Assembly (NCBI GenBank): GCA_024640945.1
Contig: JAHEEA010000011.1
Span: 10,576 to 74,575, forward strand
Length of the DNA stretch: 64,000 bases
Direction of reading: 5' to 3'
From: Candidatus Methylopumilus sp.
GTDB lineage: Bacteria > Pseudomonadota > Gammaproteobacteria > Burkholderiales > Methylophilaceae
Under the pieces are notes generated by a model, which worked only from the letters and a program-made list of their open reading frames with translations, had not been told where the DNA came from and made no database searches. Both the position numbers and the translations under genes were made by a program. The first letter of the stretch is position 1. The number at the start of each line of letters is the position of its first letter. Positions 57,857 through 64,000 of this stretch are shown here, piece by piece.

Positions 57857-60037
57857 ATGAAAATTTTAATAAAAATGAATAAAAAACTAATTTTTACCTT
57901 GATTTCAGGCTTGGCTTCAGCGCAGGCGTTCGCTGAAGCAAAAATTCAATTGTCACCAGTTGTCGTTACGGCAACTAAATCAGCTGTGAATAGTTTCGAT
58001 TTGCCAGTTTCTATTGATGTGGTGAATCAGAGTGATATTCAAGACGCTCAATTGAAAATGACTTTGTCTGAGAGTTTAATTCGTGTTCCAGGGATTACCG
58101 CACAGAACCGCTCTCAGTTTTCACAAGATCCTCAAATCTCAACTCGTGGATTTGGATCACGTTCAAGCTTCGGTGTTCGTGGATTGCGAATTTATGTAGA
58201 TGGCATTCCGTTTAGCATGCCCGATGGTATTGGTCAGCCAGGGAATATTGATTTAGGCACAGTTAAAACTATTGAAGTAATGCGCGGCCCGTTTTCAAGT
58301 TTGTATGGTAACTCTTCGGGCGGAGTTATTCAGTTATTAACTGAAGATGCACCCAAAACACCTGAAGTTAGTACAGAGCTACTCACTGGTAGCTATGGTA
58401 CTAACCGTCAAAATATTCGTGTTGGTGGAACAGAAGGTAATGTTGAATATTTGGTTAACTACTCAAACTTTGAAACTGATGGCTATCGTAAAAATAGTGA
58501 TGCAAAAAAAGAGCAGTTCACAGCGAAGTTGAAATTCAACTTCACAGATTCTACTAAGCTGACGATGTTAGCTAATTGGATGGATATGAGTGCTCAAGAT
58601 CCTCTAGGTTTGCCAAGATCTGATACAACTTCAGGCGATATGTTCCAACCATCAGCATTTTCTTCACCTAAGGGTGTTCCGAATGTTGCTCTTTTAGCTA
58701 ATACAAGAGTTAGCCGTAAAAATGAGCAGGTTGGCTTTAATTTGGAACATGCTTTTGATGAATCAAATTCTGTTAATTTGATTACAAGCATAGGCAAAAG
58801 AGAAAACACACAATTTCTATCTGTATATTCCTCTACAGGCACTTCAGCCCCAACGAACAGAATCGATGGAGGCCGGGCTAGTATTATTGATAGGGACTTT
58901 TGGAGTGGTGAGCTTAGATACAACCACAAGGGCTTAATTTTAAGCAGACCATATAGTGTTACTGCAGGATATAGTTACGGTGAAATGAAGGATGCGAGAA
59001 GCGATGTAACAGCATATGGTGGGGTTGTTCAAGATTCATCTAATTTAACTAATGTTAATCGAGATGAGAAAGATACTGCAAAGAACAATGATAAGTACGT
59101 ACAGGGTCAATTGTCTGTCTCGGAAACTTTTGATCTTCATGCTGGTGTTAGAAACACTAAAGTGAATATAAAAGTTGAAGATGGCTTGGTAAATTTAACT
59201 AAGGACTTTACTCAAGCATTTAATGCTAAATATCGTGATTCAAGTGGTAATTTAAGTTACGAAAAAACCACTCCTGTAGTTGGTGCAGTATGGAAAGTTA
59301 ATCCTGCTTTAAATTTGTATGCTAACTATGGTAAAGGTTTTGAGACGCCTAATCTAATTGAAATAGCGTATGACAATACAACTGGGACAGGTCCTAATTT
59401 AGGATTAAAACCAAGCGAAAGTGATAATTATGAACTTGGTTTTAAAGCATTTCCAAATGACACGACGAAGTTGAACGTAGCAGCGTTTAGAACAAACACA
59501 GATAAAGAGATTGTTGTTTCCCAATCAGGTGCCTATGCCGTATATAACAATGCTGGTAAGACTAAACGTCAAGGTTTAGAAGTTTCTGTTGATTCTCAAC
59601 TGCCGAATAATTTTGGTTTATATGGCGCCTATACATACCTAGATGCTAAGTTTGATTCAAGTTTTACATCTGCAGGAAATATTGTGAATTCCGGAAATTA
59701 CATTCCGGGAACATATCGTAATCAATTGTATGCTGAAGTTTCATGGAGAGCGCCTTCAGTTGGGTTCTATACTGCCTTAGAGGGTCGCTATAACAGCAAA
59801 GTGTATGTCGATGATAGAAATACCGAGAGTGCTGATTCATACGCAATTTTCAATTTAAGGACAGGCTTCCAACAAAATGTAAGTAATTGGCGTTTTAGCG
59901 AATTCCTTCGTTTGGAAAATATTACCGATAAAGAATATATTGGTTCAGTTCGTGTAAACGATGGCAATAGTCGTTTTTATGAACCTGCAATGGGTCGTGC
60001 ATGGATGCTAGGTGTTAATGCTAACTACCGTTTCTAA
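57857..60037 (+). CDS. TonB-dependent outer-membrane receptor
   Basis: Signal peptide, TonB-box-like PVVVTATK, plug domain (RVPG...RGFG...IYVDGIP), long beta-barrel, terminal aromatic NANYRF. An alternative start lies at 57875. Confidence 0.9.
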   Translation: MKILIKMNKKLIFTLISGLASAQAFAEAKIQLSPVVVTATKSAVNSFDLPVSIDVVNQSDIQDAQLKMTLSESLIRVPGITAQNRSQFSQDPQISTRGFGSRSSFGVRGLRIYVDGIPFSMPDGIGQPGNIDLGTVKTIEVMRGPFSSLYGNSSGGVIQLLTEDAPKTPEVSTELLTGSYGTNRQNIRVGGTEGNVEYLVNYSNFETDGYRKNSDAKKEQFTAKLKFNFTDSTKLTMLANWMDMSAQDPLGLPRSDTTSGDMFQPSAFSSPKGVPNVALLANTRVSRKNEQVGFNLEHAFDESNSVNLITSIGKRENTQFLSVYSSTGTSAPTNRIDGGRASIIDRDFWSGELRYNHKGLILSRPYSVTAGYSYGEMKDARSDVTAYGGVVQDSSNLTNVNRDEKDTAKNNDKYVQGQLSVSETFDLHAGVRNTKVNIKVEDGLVNLTKDFTQAFNAKYRDSSGNLSYEKTTPVVGAVWKVNPALNLYANYGKGFETPNLIEIAYDNTTGTGPNLGLKPSESDNYELGFKAFPNDTTKLNVAAFRTNTDKEIVVSQSGAYAVYNNAGKTKRQGLEVSVDSQLPNNFGLYGAYTYLDAKFDSSFTSAGNIVNSGNYIPGTYRNQLYAEVSWRAPSVGFYTALEGRYNSKVYVDDRNTESADSYAIFNLRTGFQQNVSNWRFSEFLRLENITDKEYIGSVRVNDGNSRFYEPAMGRAWMLGVNANYRF

Positions 60038-60055
60038 TAGTTAGTATTGATTGAT

Positions 60056-60085
60056 AAAAAAGCCGTCACATGTGACGGCTTTTTT
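60056..60085 (+). terminator. Rho-independent terminator
   Basis: A6-gccgtcaca/tgtgacggc-T6 perfect inverted repeat. Confidence 0.85.
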
Positions 60086-60120
60086 GTATCATCAACTTAA
60101 GAAATATTTGGAGTTTAATT

Positions 60121-60498
60121 TTGGCTATTCTCGGTTTTAATCATTACAACTTACGTGCTGAGCGTTCCATGATGGAATTGCTGAAGGTGTTTTATCGTGA
60201 TGTAGTCGGGCTGAGCTTGGGCGAGCGCCCTAAACTTAGCAGCTTTGGATATTGGTTATATATCGGCAATAAGGATGTGTTGCATTTATCTGAAGCAAAG
60301 CCAGAAGAAGGGCGCCAGGAAAACGTGGCTACGACCTTTGATCATGTGGCATTTACGGCAACTGATTACGCGGGAACGCTTGCGCGCTTGGAACAACTTG
60401 GTATTGAGTTCAGAACCCGTAAAATTGAATCTGCAGGTCAGAAGCAAATATTTTTTACTGACCCTGCAGGTAATGGGATTGAATTGAATTTTCGCTAA
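60121..60498 (+). CDS. VOC-family (glyoxalase/bleomycin-resistance/dioxygenase fold) protein
   Basis: 125 aa with FNHYNL...HLS...FDHVAF...GNGIEL beta-alpha-beta-beta-beta module motifs. TTG start with a GGAG RBS 7 nt upstream. Confidence 0.78.
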   Translation: MAILGFNHYNLRAERSMMELLKVFYRDVVGLSLGERPKLSSFGYWLYIGNKDVLHLSEAKPEEGRQENVATTFDHVAFTATDYAGTLARLEQLGIEFRTRKIESAGQKQIFFTDPAGNGIELNFR

Positions 60499-60514
60499 GA
60501 TTTAGTCTTGGCTA

Positions 60515-61795
60515 TTAAATTACGCCATCAAGCAGTTGTACTTTAACCGTTGCGCCAGCTTCAATATTGCCTGTCTCTTCATCTAAAACAATAAAGCAAT
60601 TCGCTGCTGACATGGAGCTAAGAACACCTGAGCTTTGATTACCTGTTGTTTTTACCTGCCAGTGACCACTTTCGGCTAAGAATAAAATACCTCGTTGAAA
60701 TTCCGTGCGGCCTTTAGCTTTTTTAATGGGCGAGACGCATACTGCATTCATTAATGGTTGCATAGCAGGGGCATCTTGTCCCATCAATATGAGTAACGCT
60801 TCACGCACGAATTGGTAAAAAGTCACCATCACCGCGACTGGATTGCCGGGTAAGCCAAAGTAATGCGCATCACCAATTTTGCCAAAAGCGAGTGGACGTC
60901 CAGGTTTCATGGCAATTTTCCAGAAAAGCACTTGCCCTAGTTTTTGGAGTAGCTGTTTCATGTAATCCGCTTCGCCTACTGAGACACCGCCGCTTGTAAG
61001 AATCACGTCTGAATGTTGTGCTGCTGTTGCTAATGTTTTTTCCAATAACTCAGGATTGTCAGGAATCGCACCTAAGTCTTGAGCCTCGACGCCTAAGCGA
61101 GTGAGCATGCCAAATAAAGTATAGCGATTGCTGTCGTAAATTTGTCCGTCTTCTAAAGTTTGCCCTAGGCTGGTGAGTTCATCGCCCGTGGAGAAAAAGC
61201 TGACGCGTAGTTTTCTGTAAACCTTAACATCAGGAATGCCTAGTGAGGCGATTAGGCCTAAATCCGCTGCATGCATTAAATGCCCTTGCTTTAAAACAAC
61301 TTGGCCTGTGCTTAAGTCTTCGCCAGCAAGACGCACGTTCATGCCAGGTTTGATGCTGTCTGTAAATGTTATGCTGTCTGCATCAGCGCTTACGCGTTCT
61401 TGAGCAATGACGGTATCAACGCCAGCAGGGACTGCTGCCCCCGTCATAATCCGAATGCAAGCTCCTTTTTGAACGCTTCCTGTGAGTGGATTACCTGCGA
61501 ATGCACTCCCTGTGATTTTTAAGGTTGTGCTGCCTGATTGTTCGACATCTGCCGAATTAAAAGCGTAGCCATCCATGGCTGAGTTGTTGTGACCTGGCAC
61601 ATTGAAAGGCGAAATAATGTCTTCTGCCAAAATGCGGCCAAGTGATGATCTTATCTCTAAAGATTCGGTTTCTTTAACAGGATTTAAGTAGGCTTTAATC
61701 GTAGCGCGAGCTTGATTTACCGCCATTGAATTTGGGTCGTAATCATCACAAGGGCTCGGGGTGTTGGCAAGTTCGGCTAAGGTTTTTTTACTCAT
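60515..61795 (-). CDS. moeA: Molybdopterin molybdenumtransferase
   Basis: 426 aa with SAMDGYA, TGGVSVGEADY and PGNPVA motifs. Confidence 0.92.
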   Translation of the reverse strand: MSKKTLAELANTPSPCDDYDPNSMAVNQARATIKAYLNPVKETESLEIRSSLGRILAEDIISPFNVPGHNNSAMDGYAFNSADVEQSGSTTLKITGSAFAGNPLTGSVQKGACIRIMTGAAVPAGVDTVIAQERVSADADSITFTDSIKPGMNVRLAGEDLSTGQVVLKQGHLMHAADLGLIASLGIPDVKVYRKLRVSFFSTGDELTSLGQTLEDGQIYDSNRYTLFGMLTRLGVEAQDLGAIPDNPELLEKTLATAAQHSDVILTSGGVSVGEADYMKQLLQKLGQVLFWKIAMKPGRPLAFGKIGDAHYFGLPGNPVAVMVTFYQFVREALLILMGQDAPAMQPLMNAVCVSPIKKAKGRTEFQRGILFLAESGHWQVKTTGNQSSGVLSSMSAANCFIVLDEETGNIEAGATVKVQLLDGVI

Positions 61796-61824
61796 GGTTG
61801 GCGTCTGTTTTTCTAAATCTGTTT

Positions 61825-62355
61825 TTATAGTTTAAGCCATTGTCGAATAAAGGTAGCAACGGCAGAAATATCGTTTAAATCAATTTGTGGTTTTGATGTG
61901 TTCACTGTTTCATCTGTAGCGATAGCAATAATATTCTCATCTTCATTTGCTAATAAAGGCGTGCCCATTTCTGCTCTATGCACTTCAATTTTTGGAATGG
62001 CTTCGTGTTTGAAGCCTTCAACTAATACTAAATCGCTCAGTGAAGTGTCCATTTGAGAAAGTAGCAAAGCCAAAATTGGCTCATCTTCGGCATGGGGTGT
62101 CCGTGATAGCTCTGTCATCAGTGCCCAGCGCTCTTTTGAGCCTATCATCATTTGCACAGCACCTGCTTCTCGTAAGCGATAGCTATCCTTGCCTGCTTGG
62201 TCGATATCGAAGCTGTGATGCGCATGTTTGATCACAGAGATTCTTAAGCCTTGCGAGATTAAAGCAGGAATAAGCTGGGTCAGTAGGGTGGTTTTTCCGA
62301 TGCCACTGCTATGTGCGCAAAAGCCGAGTACTGGAATCATTTTTTTGGTATTCAC
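61825..62355 (-). CDS. mobB: Molybdopterin-guanine dinucleotide biosynthesis adaptor MobB
   Basis: P-loop SSGIGKTTL and the VIKHAHH motif. Confidence 0.88.
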   Translation of the reverse strand: MNTKKMIPVLGFCAHSSGIGKTTLLTQLIPALISQGLRISVIKHAHHSFDIDQAGKDSYRLREAGAVQMMIGSKERWALMTELSRTPHAEDEPILALLLSQMDTSLSDLVLVEGFKHEAIPKIEVHRAEMGTPLLANEDENIIAIATDETVNTSKPQIDLNDISAVATFIRQWLKL

Positions 62356-62359
62356 AATA

Positions 62360-62950
62360 TTAGTTTTTATTGAGGACTAAACGCTCAAGTTCGGCAAGAT
62401 CGTCCATGGTATTAATGTTACTGAAAGCAGTGGACTGATCGTCAAAGCTGACGATGGTTAAGTGATGTTTCTTTTGCCAGTCTTCAACTTTACGTCCGCC
62501 AGAAGTGAGAAATTCTTCTAAGTCTGAAGCTAAGTTGGTGCGACATAAACAAAATACAGGATGTGTTTGCTGTCCTGTTTTTACGATCGCAATATCCGCA
62601 TTGTTTGTTTGAAGCGCATGCATTAAATCAATCGCTAGATTATTTGGTAGCAAAGGTGAGTCGCAGGGAACACTTAAAACAAACTCAGTTTTCGCATGTT
62701 TCATGCCAGTATGTAAGCCAGCTAAAGGTCCCGCAAAGTCTGCTATTTGGTCTTGGATAACGGATAAGCCCAAAGCTTCATAACGTTCAATTTCGCGATT
62801 AGCATTAATCAACATATCCTCAACTTGAGGTTTTAATTGATCAATAACATGTGAGATCATGGGCTTGCCAAAAAATGGGATCAGGCCTTTATCAATACCA
62901 CCCATACGTCTCGCTAAGCCGCCTGCTAGGATGGTTCCAGTTATATGCAT
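62360..62950 (-). CDS. mobA: Molybdenum cofactor guanylyltransferase
   Basis: ILAGGLARRMGG..DKGL N-terminal motif and the PCDSP motif. Confidence 0.9.
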   Translation of the reverse strand: MHITGTILAGGLARRMGGIDKGLIPFFGKPMISHVIDQLKPQVEDMLINANREIERYEALGLSVIQDQIADFAGPLAGLHTGMKHAKTEFVLSVPCDSPLLPNNLAIDLMHALQTNNADIAIVKTGQQTHPVFCLCRTNLASDLEEFLTSGGRKVEDWQKKHHLTIVSFDDQSTAFSNINTMDDLAELERLVLNKN

Positions 62951-62953
62951 GCC

Positions 62954-63964
62954 CTATCCGCCTGTGTGTGACATAAATCGCACCACAGCAGGTGCCGCAC
63001 GTTTTAGGTCGAAATCGTGACCTTTTGGTTTGATTTGCATGCTGGACAAGATGGCGGTGATGAGTGCTGAATCATCATCAGGGTGAGCTCTTAACAAAGG
63101 CATTAAATCAATCTTATCTTCTTGGCCCAAGCATAAATACAGCTCACCTTTGCAACTGATACGCACTCGATTGCAAGCCTCGCAGAAATTGTGGCTATGC
63201 GGTGAAATAAAACCGATTTTGGTGTTGGTGTTTTTTACTTGCCAATAGCGTGCTGGACCACCTGTATTGATTTCGCTGCTGATTAATTCAAACTTTGTTT
63301 GGATCTTAGCTAGGGTCTCTATATTGCTTACAAAGCTTGATTCGCGATGATGGTCAACTTCTCCCAGTGGCATTTCTTCAATAAATGAAATATCAATGTT
63401 CTGAGCAATCGCAAATTCCACTAAGGATAATGTTTCATCATCGTTGATGCCGCGCATTAAGACAGTATTGAGTTTGATATTATCAAACTTAGCTTTTTGC
63501 GCTGCGCTGATGCCGCGAAGTACTTTGTCTAAATCACCTACGCGGGTGATTTCCTTAAATTTTGTGGGATTTAAACTATCGAGGCTGATGTTGATTCGTT
63601 TAACTCCTGCTGCCTTGAGAGTTTGGGCTTGTTGCACAAGTTGTGAGCCATTAGTGGTAGTGACGAGTTCTTTTAAGCCTGACAATTTGCCGATTTCTTC
63701 AAATAACCAAAGTGCATTTTTACGGACTAATGGTTCGCCACCGGTGATGCGTACTTTAGAAACACCAAGCTTAACAAAAGCCTTGACGATGCGCAGGCAT
63801 TCTTCAAGTGAAAGCACTTTGTCACGAGGAAGAAACTCCATATTTTCACTCATACAATACGTGCAGCGGAAATCGCAACGATCAGTAATCGATAGGCGAA
63901 TGTAATCTACCTGGCGTCCGAATTGATCAGTTAAAGTGTGTGGAAATGGAGTGCCTGATTGCAT
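62954..63964 (-). CDS. moaA: GTP 3',8-cyclase (radical SAM)
   Basis: CDFRCTYC cluster, C-terminal second-cluster cysteines CEACNRVRISCKGELYLC, terminal GG. Confidence 0.95.
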   Translation of the reverse strand: MQSGTPFPHTLTDQFGRQVDYIRLSITDRCDFRCTYCMSENMEFLPRDKVLSLEECLRIVKAFVKLGVSKVRITGGEPLVRKNALWLFEEIGKLSGLKELVTTTNGSQLVQQAQTLKAAGVKRINISLDSLNPTKFKEITRVGDLDKVLRGISAAQKAKFDNIKLNTVLMRGINDDETLSLVEFAIAQNIDISFIEEMPLGEVDHHRESSFVSNIETLAKIQTKFELISSEINTGGPARYWQVKNTNTKIGFISPHSHNFCEACNRVRISCKGELYLCLGQEDKIDLMPLLRAHPDDDSALITAILSSMQIKPKGHDFDLKRAAPAVVRFMSHTGG

Positions 63965-64000
63965 TGACGGGATGGCTTATTAATTTTTTTGATAGAGTCT

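Noticed and set aside
63444-63905. 153-aa plus-strand ORF
   Set aside because: It is antisense to moaA, which has unambiguous radical-SAM motifs, and has no supporting signals.

Overview
This 64-kb chromosomal segment reads like a moderately AT-rich betaproteobacterial methylotroph. A Methylophilaceae-like origin is my inference from XoxF-only methanol oxidation genes plus gene order; it is not a database result. I call 71 protein-coding genes, one tRNA and a set of clear Rho-independent terminators.

The first ~37 kb is mostly plus-strand housekeeping DNA with E. coli-like synteny blocks:
- porin, prmC, metX-metW, ampG
- aspS-nudB, nadA, ybhP-like EEP-clsB
- yebC-ruvCAB-ybgC-tolQRAB-pal-cpoB-queEC
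- rpsP-rimM-trmD-rplS, ogt-xerD, folB/plsY/tsaD
- rpsU-yqeY-dnaG-rpoD-tRNA(CAU)

The second part (37-64 kb) is more mosaic:
- selO and an S41 peptidase
- an uncharacterised four-gene minus-strand operon (pip, YihY-cNMP fusion, TPR-2OG oxygenase, TRIC-like channel)
- a lanthanide-type methanol dehydrogenase island (xoxF, xoxJ, two tandem xoxG-like cytochromes c)
- ndh, lplT, PIN-PhoH, bcp
- an envelope cluster: tonB, a SoxH-like MBL hydrolase, cytochrome b561, a SoxY-SoxZ fusion carrier and a TonB-dependent receptor
- a VOC protein and moaA-mobA-mobB-moeA

I saw no CRISPR array, IS element, prophage, recognisable defence system, or integrase other than chromosomal XerD.

The best candidate for something functionally undescribed is the SoxYZ-like carrier / MBL / cytochrome b561 / TonB-receptor cluster. 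Its two divergent promoter regions share one palindromic operator, AAATCATGATTTT. Next come an 11-bp-phased TTGTAAATA repeat array at the xoxF promoter and the pip-to-TRIC operon. Everything here comes from reading the sequence and ORF translations by eye; no searches or computations were run.
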